Origin: an uncultured Acidobacteriota bacterium | GTDB lineage: Bacteria; Acidobacteriota; Terriglobia; Terriglobales; Acidobacteriaceae | Assembly: GCA_963744615.1 (NCBI GenBank) | Contig: CAVUUE010000003.1 | Coordinates: 566,923 to 630,922 of the forward strand | Direction of reading: 5' to 3' | Length of the DNA: 64,000 nucleotides | In this document: positions 44,314 through 54,942 of the stretch, in pieces | How positions within the stretch are numbered: the stretch's first letter is position 1 | Layout: every line of letters starts with the position of its first letter | Program-made: the position numbers and the translations under genes | The notes under the pieces: model-generated | Told to the model about the DNA's origin: nothing | Databases searched by the model: none | What the model saw: the letters and a program-made list of their open reading frames with translations, nothing else

Positions 44314-47300
44314 TTACTTCTGCGCTTGCCAAAAACCTGCACCTCGATTTGTGTAATCCACCCGCACAGTGTTGATCGAATACGATCCCACCGGAATCGT
44401 AATATGACCGCCGGAAACATTGAGCGGCGTGCCGTTGTCGTGCTCCATCAAATTGGCCGCAACCGCATTCGAGGCGCCGTCCGGCACACTGATTTCCGCC
44501 GTGGTTTTCTTTCCTGCCCATTCATAAAAGCGAAGCACCAGGCTGTTTCCGTCCTCACTCTTCTTCATCGCTGTCAGCACCAGATTCGCTGGTTTGACAG
44601 TGATGAAAGAATGCGTCGGCGGTAGTTCTCCCGTGTGTGCGTCGACCTGTGCCGCGCGCAATTTGTAGTTGAACTCCAAACCGTGCAATACAGTATTCGC
44701 ATCCCGCCATGTACCCGCATGCGGATAGAGCGAGTAGCGAAAGTGCTGATGTCCGCGATCGGCATCGGGATCCGGCCAGATGGGAGAACGCAGCAGTGAA
44801 AGCCGCAGGACGTTGCCCTTCACATCGTAGCCATACTTCGAATCGTTGATGAAGCTAAACCCATGCTGCTCATCGCCAAGGTCCGCCCATCGCTGCGCGG
44901 GCACTTCAAACTTTGCGTCTTCAACGGAGTTGTTTCGCGTCGTCGGCCGTTCGATAGTGCCGTAGGGAATCTCAAACGTTGCTTTCGGACCGCTCGCGGC
45001 CAGAGGGAATGCGGCCTTCAGCAGGATGTGCGTTTCATTCCAGTCCACATCGTTCACTACATCGACGCGCCGCATGCCCGCGTAAAGGATGATGTTCTGC
45101 ACGAATTTCGATTTGCTCCACTGACGCGTGATGCGAACCACACTGCGCACCGGACCATGCTCCACCAGTTGCACACTGTCGACCATCGTCAGATCCGTTT
45201 CATGTTGCGTAAAGTCCGCATCGATGTTCCAGGCGTCGTAATCCTTCGGCTTGTCGACAAAGGCCTGCAGCAGGTTTCCGCATCCGCCTTTCGCGATGCT
45301 TTCGAAATGCGACTGCTTGTCATAGAGACTGTCGATGCAGCCGTTTTTCGGATTGATCACGACCCGCAGCACGGAATTTTCCATGGTGGTTCCGCTGCTT
45401 GTTAAATCGCTCGGAATCCTGCGCGAACCCGGAACAGCGTGCAGCACTGTGTACCCGATCGACGGAACATCCTTCGGCTCCAACAGCAAACGATAGCTAT
45501 GCGTCGCCGCATCTTCCGAGAGCACCTGCGAGGCAACCAGAGTGCCATCGGGATTGAGGACAGAAATTCCATTCGGCTCGGCGTGAGGCATTTGCACGTT
45601 CACCTCCACCACGCCGGCACGGTTCCAACTGAGAGGGTTCCAGAGGACGATCGGTACGCCCGCCCGCGCGCTGGTGTCGATGTGGCTGTTGATGTCGGTC
45701 AACGCGTTGTGCGTGGCCTGGTCGGCCGTCCAGTGGATTACGTTGAACTGCTTCTGCGCGTCCTTGTAGATGACGCCGATGCCGGAGCCGGCGGCGAGAT
45801 CGTGGAAGCCATTGAAGAGTTGCAGTTTCCACGCAGCATTCAGCTGGTCACCGGGATAGTTTCCGCCGCCCAGCCACGCCAGAGAGGAATATTTCTCCGC
45901 GTTCAGCAGCCACTCTGAACCGTGTCGCAGGTTCCATTTGTGTTGTGTCTGGGTGGTATAAACGCCGCGATGAAATTCGAGGTAGAGCTCATCGTTCCAC
46001 ACGGGAAGGCTGATTTTTCCAGAGGCCGCGGGCGGCAGCGTGGTGTTGTGTGCAGCCAGAGTTTCGTAGTTCCATACCGGGGCGTTCGATGAGTCTACGA
46101 GCTTTGCCTGGCTGTCGAAGAAGGTTTGCGATACGCCGAATTCGAGGCGTGGGTAAACCTTGTTCGGTTCCATCCAGCGTAAGCCGCTGTCGAGCATGTC
46201 TCGCGTGGGACCGCCGCCGTGGTCACCAATGCCATAGAGGTGCATCATCTCCCGTTGGCCCGGGTTTAGATCGATGGCCGTGGCGAGATCGTCAGCCATT
46301 CGCACGGGCTCAATCTGGTTGACGTAGTCATGCGGAAAGTAGGTGAGGACACGGCTGCCATCTGGGGACTGCCACCAGAAGAGCTTCAGCGGAAGCTTGT
46401 TGGTTTCGTTCCATCCCATTTTTTGAGTGACGAAATAGTCGATGCCGGATTTTTTGTAGATTTGCGGCAACTGCCAGTTATAGCCGAACGAATCCGGGTT
46501 CCAGCCGACGTGCACATCGACCCCAAAGTTTTTCTCGAAGTAGCGTTTGCCCACCAGAATCTGCCGCACTGTGGATTCGCCATCGGGCAGGTTCAGATCC
46601 GGCTCGACCCACATGCCGCCGACGATTTCCCAACGGCCTTCCTTCACGCGCTGTTGAATCTGCTGAAAAATGCTGGGATATTTGTCCTGCATCCATTCGT
46701 AATACTGCGCAGCGGACTGTGAGAAGGTGTAGCCGGGATACTCCTGCATCAACTGGAGTGCGGATGTAAAAGTGCGCTTGACGACGTCGACGGTTTCGGT
46801 CCAGGGCCAAAGCCATGCTGCATCAATGTGGGCGTTGCCCGTCATGTGAATGGAGAATTGCTGCAGAATGGAGCGTAGTGGATCGAGTCTCGATTGCGCC
46901 TGCTGGAGCGAGCGGTCGAAGGCGCCCTGATCTCCTTTGTCAAGAGCGGCCAGGTTGACGGTCGTCGCCGCGGAGTCCAAAATACTTTCCTGCGATTGCA
47001 GTGTGTCTGCACTCTGTGGGATTGCGGGCAGCAGGCCGGCTGCGGAAATCAACTCCGCACGCAGATCTTCGGGGTTGGGGCGATTCGCGGGAAAGACGAC
47101 CTGCAGATTCGCGCTGTCGATATGTTTGTCATCCTGGGTGGCCAGCATTTTGACGGCGATCAGAACCTTCTCTCCAGGCTTTGCCCGATCGAAGAGCAAT
47201 TGCTTTTCAAGATCCTCCCCCATGGCCACGCGGCTGCCGTTGTAGTAAATGATGACGGGCAGTGGACCGTTGGCGTTGCCCTTCATCCAGAACCAGACCT

Positions 47301-47634
47301 GCGAACCGCTCAGGTCGTAGCCGTGCGAGGTGGGCGGCACGGTGATCCAGTTGCGAAGCCAGATGGCGTCATGCGGCGCGACGAAGGGTAGCTGGAGGGT
47401 CTTCCAGTCGCTGGTATCAAGATCGGGTCGCTCGCCGTGTGCGATGTCGCCGAGGTGATATTGCCAGGTGTTTGCCGGAATGGAGTCGAAGGTGTCGAGG
47501 CGATCGACCACCGCTTTCGCCTGCGATGAAAATGCGTAAGGCTTTGAGGGCGTTGTTTGCGCAGACAGTGTGCACGCTGCACTGAGGAGCGCGAGGGCCG
47601 AAAACAGGAAGGAGGTGCTGGCAGTACGCTTCAA
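44314..47634 (-). CDS. GH38 alpha-mannosidase with signal peptide
   Basis: 'GNAHIDAAWLWPW', 'PDSFGY' and 'FHRGVYT' are present. The product is 1106 aa. Confidence 0.9.
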   Translation of the reverse strand: MKRTASTSFLFSALALLSAACTLSAQTTPSKPYAFSSQAKAVVDRLDTFDSIPANTWQYHLGDIAHGERPDLDTSDWKTLQLPFVAPHDAIWLRNWITVPPTSHGYDLSGSQVWFWMKGNANGPLPVIIYYNGSRVAMGEDLEKQLLFDRAKPGEKVLIAVKMLATQDDKHIDSANLQVVFPANRPNPEDLRAELISAAGLLPAIPQSADTLQSQESILDSAATTVNLAALDKGDQGAFDRSLQQAQSRLDPLRSILQQFSIHMTGNAHIDAAWLWPWTETVDVVKRTFTSALQLMQEYPGYTFSQSAAQYYEWMQDKYPSIFQQIQQRVKEGRWEIVGGMWVEPDLNLPDGESTVRQILVGKRYFEKNFGVDVHVGWNPDSFGYNWQLPQIYKKSGIDYFVTQKMGWNETNKLPLKLFWWQSPDGSRVLTYFPHDYVNQIEPVRMADDLATAIDLNPGQREMMHLYGIGDHGGGPTRDMLDSGLRWMEPNKVYPRLEFGVSQTFFDSQAKLVDSSNAPVWNYETLAAHNTTLPPAASGKISLPVWNDELYLEFHRGVYTTQTQHKWNLRHGSEWLLNAEKYSSLAWLGGGNYPGDQLNAAWKLQLFNGFHDLAAGSGIGVIYKDAQKQFNVIHWTADQATHNALTDINSHIDTSARAGVPIVLWNPLSWNRAGVVEVNVQMPHAEPNGISVLNPDGTLVASQVLSEDAATHSYRLLLEPKDVPSIGYTVLHAVPGSRRIPSDLTSSGTTMENSVLRVVINPKNGCIDSLYDKQSHFESIAKGGCGNLLQAFVDKPKDYDAWNIDADFTQHETDLTMVDSVQLVEHGPVRSVVRITRQWSKSKFVQNIILYAGMRRVDVVNDVDWNETHILLKAAFPLAASGPKATFEIPYGTIERPTTRNNSVEDAKFEVPAQRWADLGDEQHGFSFINDSKYGYDVKGNVLRLSLLRSPIWPDPDADRGHQHFRYSLYPHAGTWRDANTVLHGLEFNYKLRAAQVDAHTGELPPTHSFITVKPANLVLTAMKKSEDGNSLVLRFYEWAGKKTTAEISVPDGASNAVAANLMEHDNGTPLNVSGGHITIPVGSYSINTVRVDYTNRGAGFWQAQK

Positions 47635-47721
47635 AGGACACTCCGATTTAAAAAAGTTTGCCGTTTCAAAAATACACCACGTCGGCCCGTGAGGAGGAAA
47701 CGCGAGGTCCTTCGGGTTGGC

Positions 47722-48747
47722 TCAGGATGACAGATTTGGTTCGCGCGATATCGCGGTTGGACTCATGCGAAGGACATCGGCCTGAACCAGGCCTGGACCA
47801 AGGCAGAAGCTTGCGGTCAGGAGCACGAGGCAGATCCAGAAGATGTCGGCGACCAACAGATGAACGATCTGCAGCCAGGTGGGCGCGCGCAGCAGGACAT
47901 CCGCGATGCCGAGCACATATTGCCCCAGCAGTGTACACAAGACGGCGATGCCGAGATTGTGAGTTCGCAAGGTTGCCGCTCGACGGAATGACTGCACCAG
48001 CAGCCACGCAATGAACGCCCCGGCGATGACTGCGCTGGCGGGGTGAATCCAGCGGATCCGCAATAGCAGGGGTGCGGTGGAGGAGAAATCCTGGTGAAAG
48101 GCACCGGCGAGCGAAGTGGAAGGGAAGAGCGTATCGCCCAATGCGGCGAGCGAACCGGAGACGCCGACGACTAGCGTTGCCAGGACTCCCAGCGCTGGCA
48201 AGAGAAGGGTTCCGCGGCGTAGGTGTGTGGCGGCGCGGTGGCGGGGGCGCGAAAGAAATTCCGCAGTCAAAGCGAGGGAGCCAAGCAGCAGAAGCGTATT
48301 CGTCAGGTGAACGGAAAGGTAGATGGCGCGCGCAGCGGATGCGTTCCGCCCGACCAGGCCGAACATGACAAGCAGCGCACCGAGCAGGGCCTCATTTAGA
48401 ACGAGCACCATGGCGATAACGGCAGCCCATCGCGCCAGTTGACCGCGCCGTGTTGCGATCCAGACCCACGCAAGCAGTGCCACGACCAGGAAGAAGGTTG
48501 CGCCGCTCATCATGCGATGGGTGAATTCGACGAAGGTGTGAAAGCGCGCGAGCTGGGGGAGCACGACGCCGTTGCAGAGCGGCCAATGCTCGCCGCAGCC
48601 ACCGCCGGAGCCGGTCGCCCGGACTACCGCTCCCCAGAGTACGACCAGCACGTTGTAGGCGAGCACGAACCATGCGAAGCGCCGGAGCGCGGGTGAGATT
48701 GCCGCGTTCGTGAAAGGGGGGCTGGCGGAGAAGGTGGTGCTGGTCAT
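47722..48747 (-). CDS. ctaA: COX15/CtaA-family heme A synthase
   Basis: ATG at 48747 ('MTSTTF...'). 'GCGEHWPLCNG' and conserved His residues in the TM helices are present. The remainder of the 794-aa ORF overlaps the GT39 gene out of frame. Confidence 0.85.
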   Translation of the reverse strand: MTSTTFSASPPFTNAAISPALRRFAWFVLAYNVLVVLWGAVVRATGSGGGCGEHWPLCNGVVLPQLARFHTFVEFTHRMMSGATFFLVVALLAWVWIATRRGQLARWAAVIAMVLVLNEALLGALLVMFGLVGRNASAARAIYLSVHLTNTLLLLGSLALTAEFLSRPRHRAATHLRRGTLLLPALGVLATLVVGVSGSLAALGDTLFPSTSLAGAFHQDFSSTAPLLLRIRWIHPASAVIAGAFIAWLLVQSFRRAATLRTHNLGIAVLCTLLGQYVLGIADVLLRAPTWLQIVHLLVADIFWICLVLLTASFCLGPGLVQADVLRMSPTAISREPNLSS

Positions 48748-48812
48748 CGGCTCACTAACGATTATTGTAGGCCGGGAGTATGAGCGTATGCACGGTGTGG
48801 CCGCCGCTGTTC

Positions 48813-50780
48813 TCAGCTTCCCGAGGAAAGAGGACGGTCGGTCAACAGCTCCTTGTCGGAGACTTCCTGCACGAGGTATGCGCGTTTGCCGAGGAGCGTG
48901 GCTACATGTTCGCGATAGTTGTGGTCCGGGGGAACGAAGAGGAATTTGCGCGGGCCGCGGCCCCACATCGAGAGCAACTGGGCGTCGTTGAGAAAAATAT
49001 GGGGGGCGTCGGGGTAGTCCGATCCCCACTCCATGGAGCTGGAGCGGCCATTCACCAGATACGCGTGGCGCTGAGTGTAAAAGAGAATCGATGAGCCGTA
49101 GGACTGATCGCCGTAGAGCATCAAGACATCCTGTGGCGCGGCGATACGGTTGAGAGTATTGGCCATGGCGCGGGAGGAGAGCATCGGCTGAAAGCGCACG
49201 TAGGCGATGTGCGCGGCGACGAGGAACATGGCGACCGTCATGGCAGTGGTGAAGGTGGCGCGCAGGTGCTGCTGGCGTACTCGCATCCACCAGGCAAGAC
49301 TGGGTCCCACCAGAAATGCGGCTGCGGCGAGAACGGCAGGAAGACGCAGGGCCGCGAAGGAGGGGCCGGTCAGGTCGAAAAAGTGGGACATCGAAAGGGA
49401 GTAGCCTCCGACAGCTCGATGCGCGAGCAGGGCGCCGATGTCGGCGACATAGGGCAGATGTCGCGAGGACCAGAGGCCATAAGCGAGCAGGGCGGCTGCG
49501 CCGAGGCCGACGACCGCGAAGATCGCGTGCGCGACTTCCAGCCAGCGCATGTCTGTCCTGAGTTCCCCGGGGGATTCGGTGCTTGCGTTGGTTTCGAGCT
49601 TCGCGAGTGCCATCGCTGTCAATAGCAGCAGCGGGAAGTAGGCGGGGTACGTGTAATATTCCTGGTTTGTCGAAAGCGAGAAGAACAGCAGGATGAATGC
49701 TGAGTAAAGCGCGAGCAGCAGGGTCGTTTGTCCGCTGAAATTCAGGTGGTGGCGGCGCTTCCATCCCCACATCTGGCCGGATGCGCGGTTCTTGCGCCAT
49801 GAGGAATACAGAGTGGCGGGCCAGTAGATGCTCCACGGAAAAAGCCAGACCAGGTGTAGGCTCCAGAACAGGTAGCCGGGAAGCTTGTTGTAGTCGCGCG
49901 GATAGCGCTTGCCGAGGAATCGCAGGACGTGTTCGTTGATGAAGTAGAAGTAGAAAAATCCATGAACATTGCCGGGCAATGGAATGTTGCCGACAGGGTG
50001 CCCCTGGTCCGGATTGTGGAGTCCGGCGAGGATATGCCAGGGGGCGCCAATCGCCAGGAAAAGCAGGGTCCCGGTGAGGAGGTGAAACTCCCGCCAGCGG
50101 CGCCATTGGCGGGTGATCAGCAGATATGGAACGACGCCGGCGAGAAAAAACACGGGGGCGATCAGGCCCTTGGTAAGCAGCGCCAGCGCGAGCAATGCGT
50201 AGGTGGCATAGATGCGCGCGGGCTCGCGGTCTTGAAGTCCGGTGAGAAAAAGATAAAGCGCGAGCGCTATCAGCAGCGTCAGGATGGCTTCCGGGATGAA
50301 GTAGCGAGTGAATAAAAAAACTCCGACGGAGGTGAGGACGGCGAGCGCGGCGTAAAAAGCGGCCCGCTCTGTGTAGGCTCTACGACCCCACAGCAGGCCC
50401 AGGATGGCGCAGCCGAGCACCGCCAGGGCCTCCGGCAGGTGGGTGGCGAATGAATTGAAGCCGAAGATGCGGTAATCGATGGCGACCAGCCAGTAGGGAA
50501 GCGGGGGCTTTTCGAGGTAGCGGATGCCGTTGACCATCAGCGTGACGTAGTGGCCGGTAAGGGCCATGTGCTGCGCCGCCTGGGCATGGGTCGAGTCGGC
50601 GTCGTCGATCAAAGATGGGGTGAATAGCGCGGCGAAGTAGACGGCGAGGAAGACGACCAGAATCAACAGCCACTCGGCGCGGCGGGAGAGCGGGAACATT
50701 TCCGCTTCGGCCCCGGGGCCGTTCGCAGCTTCCGTATTGGAGGTCGCAGCAGAACCGACCACGGTGTTTACAGGTCTCAT
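48813..50780 (-). CDS. GT39 / ArnT-like glycosyltransferase (polyprenyl-phosphate sugar dependent)
   Basis: The protein is multi-TM with 'YLEKPPLPYWL'. The start is uncertain (50780 or 50699). Confidence 0.85.
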   Translation of the reverse strand: MRPVNTVVGSAATSNTEAANGPGAEAEMFPLSRRAEWLLILVVFLAVYFAALFTPSLIDDADSTHAQAAQHMALTGHYVTLMVNGIRYLEKPPLPYWLVAIDYRIFGFNSFATHLPEALAVLGCAILGLLWGRRAYTERAAFYAALAVLTSVGVFLFTRYFIPEAILTLLIALALYLFLTGLQDREPARIYATYALLALALLTKGLIAPVFFLAGVVPYLLITRQWRRWREFHLLTGTLLFLAIGAPWHILAGLHNPDQGHPVGNIPLPGNVHGFFYFYFINEHVLRFLGKRYPRDYNKLPGYLFWSLHLVWLFPWSIYWPATLYSSWRKNRASGQMWGWKRRHHLNFSGQTTLLLALYSAFILLFFSLSTNQEYYTYPAYFPLLLLTAMALAKLETNASTESPGELRTDMRWLEVAHAIFAVVGLGAAALLAYGLWSSRHLPYVADIGALLAHRAVGGYSLSMSHFFDLTGPSFAALRLPAVLAAAAFLVGPSLAWWMRVRQQHLRATFTTAMTVAMFLVAAHIAYVRFQPMLSSRAMANTLNRIAAPQDVLMLYGDQSYGSSILFYTQRHAYLVNGRSSSMEWGSDYPDAPHIFLNDAQLLSMWGRGPRKFLFVPPDHNYREHVATLLGKRAYLVQEVSDKELLTDRPLSSGS

Positions 50781-50859
50781 GCGGGTGTGGGCAACAAAAT
50801 TAGAATAGCAGTCCACTCTTCGTTCCCCTTGGCGCGAATGTTCGTGTAATTCTTGACTC

Positions 50860-52458
50860 GTGGACACAACGCGAGCGAACCAGACGACGACGTATGCGGC
50901 GGTCGACATCGGATCGAATTCAGTCCGTTTGAAGATTGCTTCCGCGCGCAACCATCGGTTGAAGACGCTGCATGAAGACCGGGAGATTACGCGGCTGGGC
51001 GAGAGCGTGTTTGAGAGCGGGGTGGTCTCGCCCGAGTCGATGGCGAATACGATTCGCGCGTTGCGGCGATTTCATCGTGCGGTGCAAGCGCACGCGGTGG
51101 ACCGGCTGCGGGTGGTGGCGACGAGTGCACTGCGGGATGCGCGAAATCAACAGGCTTTTCTTGCCTGGGTGCATTCCGCCACCGGTTGGAAGGTTGAGAT
51201 TATTTCCGGGCTGGAAGAAGGCCGCCTGATCCATCTGGGCGTGGTGTCGAACGAGCCAGCAGCGCGGGGCCGCTGCGTTCTGATCGATCTTGGCGGGGGC
51301 AGCTGCGAGATCACACGTTCGGAAAATTCCGTTATCGAGCAGATGGTGAGTCTGCCACTGGGCGCGGTTCGGCTGACGCGGGAATTTCTTCGCCACGATC
51401 CTGCGAGGCCGGAGGAAGTGGCGCGCATGCAGGACTGGATTCGCCGCGAATTGCGGCGGGCTGAGGAGCGGCTTGGGGACGCGCGTGTTTCGACCGTGTT
51501 CGCTACATCCGGAACGGCGGCGGCGCTGGCCTCGGCGGCACTGGCGCAAGGCAAAGGCAAACAGAAGCCGGCGCTGAAAAGCGCATCCAGCGAAATAAAA
51601 AAAACAGGAGTGCGAGCGTGGGATCGAACTCCCACTGCGGCGGTTGGCAAACTCGCTGAAAAGTTGAAGCGGATGTCGCTGACCGAGCGCAACGCTGTCC
51701 CCGGTATTGGACCCAAGCGTTCGGAAATTATCGTGGCGGGCGCGCACGTGTATGCAGCGGTACTGGAGCGGTTTCATCTGCCGGGGTTCCGGTATTCTCC
51801 CATGGGATTGCGCGACGGCATACTCGCATTGATGCTGGCAGAAGGCGACACGCATACCTCGGCGCACCAGCATTTTGAGCAGGAACGCTGGGCCAGTGTG
51901 CTGGAGTTGTGCCGTCATTATGGAATCGATCCAAAGCTACAGCAGCCCGTTGTGGCGCATGCACGGCAATTTTTCGAAGACCTGAAGAGCGCTCATCAAC
52001 TGCCGCCCGAGTACAAGCTGTGGCTGGAGGCGGCGGCCATGATGCACTCTGTGGGAAAGTTTATGAATTACCAGGGGCACCATCGGCACACCCAGTACAT
52101 CATCGCCAACTCCGAGCTGTACGGTTTCACGCCGGAGCAGCGGCTGATCGTCTCCGCGATTGCGCGTTATCTGGGAAAATCGCGACCTGTGGCGACAGAT
52201 CGGGTACTGCGGTTGATTCCGGTGGAGCAGCACGCATACGTTCGACGCGCCGCAATGCTGCTTAGAATGGCGGTTGCGCTGCACCGGGATGAAACGAGCG
52301 TTACGCTGCGTTTCCGTACACGGGTGACGGAGAAACGCGTCACGGTCGAGTTGATGCCGGGGCGCCGCAGGACGGAGTTAGAATTATGGTCGCTGCGCAA
52401 GGAAGCGGCTTATTTCCGGGAGGTCTTCGCGCGCGATCTTTTTGTGGTGCTGGATTGA
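50860..52458 (+). CDS. ppx: Ppx/GppA-family exopolyphosphatase
   Basis: 'AAVDIGSNSVRL' and 'IDLGGGSCE' are present, followed by an HD-like C-terminal domain. GTG start. Confidence 0.9.
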   Translation: MDTTRANQTTTYAAVDIGSNSVRLKIASARNHRLKTLHEDREITRLGESVFESGVVSPESMANTIRALRRFHRAVQAHAVDRLRVVATSALRDARNQQAFLAWVHSATGWKVEIISGLEEGRLIHLGVVSNEPAARGRCVLIDLGGGSCEITRSENSVIEQMVSLPLGAVRLTREFLRHDPARPEEVARMQDWIRRELRRAEERLGDARVSTVFATSGTAAALASAALAQGKGKQKPALKSASSEIKKTGVRAWDRTPTAAVGKLAEKLKRMSLTERNAVPGIGPKRSEIIVAGAHVYAAVLERFHLPGFRYSPMGLRDGILALMLAEGDTHTSAHQHFEQERWASVLELCRHYGIDPKLQQPVVAHARQFFEDLKSAHQLPPEYKLWLEAAAMMHSVGKFMNYQGHHRHTQYIIANSELYGFTPEQRLIVSAIARYLGKSRPVATDRVLRLIPVEQHAYVRRAAMLLRMAVALHRDETSVTLRFRTRVTEKRVTVELMPGRRRTELELWSLRKEAAYFREVFARDLFVVLD

Positions 52459-52940
52459 ATCGCCCGCAGAACGCGCGGATCGAGCAGCCACTGCAGCCTC
52501 GCCGGTCCTCGATCGAAGTCGACCATCGCAATAGCCCCTTTTCGCATACGCAAGGCGGAGTTCGCGCCCGCCGGGTAGAGCAGGCGGTTTAAGAACTCCT
52601 GCAGATTAGGGCTGTGCCCCACCAGCAGGACGTTTTCAGATCCTGCAACACTCTCGATCAGGCGCTGAAAATCCGTCCAGCCGCCGGTGGGGGCAAGCGC
52701 CTCCGACAGCTGAATTTTCTTCTCAAAACCAGTCTCCGTTCCAACCAAAGCGGCGGTTTGAAGGGCTCGTTTGAGCGGGCTTGAGAGCACTGCGTCGAAG
52801 TGCAGTTTCAACGAACTGAGCACACTACCCAGCAGAATGCATTGGTGCTTACCTTCTTTATCGAGTGAACGTTTGCGGTCGGCAATGGGGTTGACTTTTC
52901 GCTGTCCCGCATTTCCGTGCCGCAATAAAAATAAGTTCAT
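52410..52940 (-). CDS. sixA: phosphohistidine phosphatase SixA
   Basis: ATG at 52940. 'LFLLRHGNA', 'SSPLKRALQTA' and 'LLVGHSPN' are present. Confidence 0.85.
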   Translation of the reverse strand: MNLFLLRHGNAGQRKVNPIADRKRSLDKEGKHQCILLGSVLSSLKLHFDAVLSSPLKRALQTAALVGTETGFEKKIQLSEALAPTGGWTDFQRLIESVAGSENVLLVGHSPNLQEFLNRLLYPAGANSALRMRKGAIAMVDFDRGPARLQWLLDPRVLRAIQSSTTKRSRAKTSRK

Positions 52941-53108
52941 GAGCGATCCTTGGGTCTGTCGATTCAATGTGCACGCATATTTCGACGCGGGCTGAACACT
53001 CAGAATAGATCAGATGATGAGAGCTGCGAACCCGAACCGGTGTTCTCTGGATTTGCACGCCGTTCGGCTGCGTTCGGAATGAGTTCTCCTCATCTGTTGA
53101 TTCACTCG

Positions 53109-53807
53109 CTAGAGAATCGATTCGCAACCTGCGTTCGAGGAGGCTCGGTTCCAGACTTCAGCGATCAGCAATCCGCCGAGAAACTGGCCGCGACGACGGC
53201 GTTCGAACCCATGTGCGGACAGGGTTGTCGCATAATCCGGAATTCTTCGTACATGCAGGTGCGTCATCTTTTCGAATGCGAAGTAGAGGAAGCGCACAAC
53301 TGCGCGCGCGCAGATTCGCCGCCAGCCTTTTGCCGGAATCTCAAACTCCGAGATGAGCCAGATTGCGTCTGGCGTGAGATGCGGAATCGTTCTTTGCACC
53401 AGGCCGTCGACTTCTTCGTCGGTCAGACAGTCGAGAAAGAAATGCGAGACGACCAGATCGTATCCGCTGCGGACTGGAGTGAAGCTGCGCAGGTCGGCTT
53501 TGGAAGTGTCAAGGCGGCCTAGAGTGTCGGGGACGGTGTGCCTAGTTCGGCGTTCTAGCTCTCTGAGCATCGCCCCACTGGCATCGACGGCATCGACCTG
53601 GACGCTGCTATTGGCTGCGAGCAGGCGTGCGGTGAAGCGCCCATCTCCATCGCCGAGCACGAGAGCATGGCGGGCCCGGGCGCAATCCGGGAGGAAATGG
53701 AATCGGCAGCGCTCGAGCATGGGGCCGAAGCTGAGATATTCCATAGAACGGTAGATTCGCGCGAGGGGGTCGAAATTCGGAGTGCTTCCCGCATCGCGAT
53801 CCGACAC
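53109..53807 (-). CDS. class I SAM-dependent methyltransferase
   Basis: 'ALVLGDGDGRF' is motif I, and 'DLVVSHFFLDCL' is present. The GTG at 53807 overlaps the upstream stop (TAGTG). Confidence 0.8.
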   Translation of the reverse strand: MSDRDAGSTPNFDPLARIYRSMEYLSFGPMLERCRFHFLPDCARARHALVLGDGDGRFTARLLAANSSVQVDAVDASGAMLRELERRTRHTVPDTLGRLDTSKADLRSFTPVRSGYDLVVSHFFLDCLTDEEVDGLVQRTIPHLTPDAIWLISEFEIPAKGWRRICARAVVRFLYFAFEKMTHLHVRRIPDYATTLSAHGFERRRRGQFLGGLLIAEVWNRASSNAGCESIL

Positions 53808-54793
53808 TATCGCACGCGAAGAAGAAACAGCAGAGGTGTCAGTAGAGCGGCGTCGGCAGCAATGCGCAGAGAGAGTGCGCTGAAGTGATGGCTGTAGCGG
53901 ATGAGCGCGAAGAACAGGAGCGCGCTGATCGCGACGGAGACAAACAAGGGACGAACGTCGCCGCCAACAGCGGTCGCGAGGGCCAGACTTAGGGTGCACA
54001 CTGCGATGGCAAATGCAGCGAGATGCTGGCCGAGGAGTTCGGTCAGGCCGTGAGGCCGGGGTGGTGCTGGATCGAGAGGCGTCGCGGAAAGTATGGTGTG
54101 GACAATTTCCTGAGCGGCCTCGGCGTCTTCCCAAGTTTGGATGGCAACGCAATTCAGCCAGCAGGCTGCGCCGAAGGTGAGGACTGCAGCGAGAAGAAGA
54201 TTGCGATCCGTGTGTAAGCGCGCCCATGCGGGCACTGCGGTTGCGATGGCGAAGAGAAATCCTACAGCCAATTCCTTGGGGAAAAAACGGCTGCGGCTGG
54301 AGACTGACAAACGGCCGTGGATAAAGAGGAAATACGCAATGCCAGCCAGGCATAGAACGATGTCATCGATCCGCACGGCAGGCTGCACGCGGAGCAGAAT
54401 CATGTATGCCAGCGGCACAGCCGCGAATCCCCATGCGATGAGGAATGGTTTGCGATGGCGCAGGTAGAACCAATGTCGATCGCGCAATGTGAAGGTATCG
54501 ATCGAGCGCCAGCCGTCGAGAAGGCGGTCGGCGACGTATACCGTCCATGTCCCCAGGGCCAGCGTGGACAAAGTGGCCCAGGAGAAGTGCAGCCCGAAAC
54601 AAGCGCCGAAGAACCAGCACCACACCACGGCTACTGTCGGAGCATCGAGGCTGAGGAGGTGCCACCATAGCCATGGGGCCGGGCTCGCCAAACCGGGGGC
54701 TGTGGAGGTTCGCGGCCGGTTTCCTATGGCAGAGGCGCTTCTGGGCAGACTGATGGGCACGTGAAGAAGGTCCTTCGTATGAACCGGATTCAT
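53807..54793 (-). CDS. polytopic membrane protein, possibly UbiA-superfamily-like
   Basis: It has about 8 TM helices. 'VYVADRLLDGW..D' followed by 'RHRK' loosely resembles the NDxxDxxxD...R motif. The assignment is tentative. Confidence 0.45.
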   Translation of the reverse strand: MNPVHTKDLLHVPISLPRSASAIGNRPRTSTAPGLASPAPWLWWHLLSLDAPTVAVVWCWFFGACFGLHFSWATLSTLALGTWTVYVADRLLDGWRSIDTFTLRDRHWFYLRHRKPFLIAWGFAAVPLAYMILLRVQPAVRIDDIVLCLAGIAYFLFIHGRLSVSSRSRFFPKELAVGFLFAIATAVPAWARLHTDRNLLLAAVLTFGAACWLNCVAIQTWEDAEAAQEIVHTILSATPLDPAPPRPHGLTELLGQHLAAFAIAVCTLSLALATAVGGDVRPLFVSVAISALLFFALIRYSHHFSALSLRIAADAALLTPLLFLLRVR

Positions 54794-54942
54794 ACCCAGT
54801 GTAATCGGGGCGCGCTGATTCTGAACAAAGCGCGGCGGAGTTCAGCGTCTGGAGAATTCGTCGCTCGCGAGCAGAGCCGGCGTTCTCCAAAATTTTCCGC
54901 TACCCTCGCATGGATTGGTTTTCTAAGCAGCAGGGAACTGCT

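Noticed and set aside
47722-50106. A 794-aa ORF that appears to fuse ctaA with an upstream region.
   Set aside because: Only the last 341 residues (from ATG 48747) look like CtaA/COX15. The upstream 450 residues are Arg/Pro-rich and overlap the well-supported GT39 gene in another frame.
53109-54353. A 414-aa ORF that extends the methyltransferase far upstream.
   Set aside because: The upstream 180 residues are Arg/Ser/Pro-rich and overlap the membrane-protein gene out of frame. A GTG at 53807 overlapping that gene's stop gives a normal-length class I methyltransferase.
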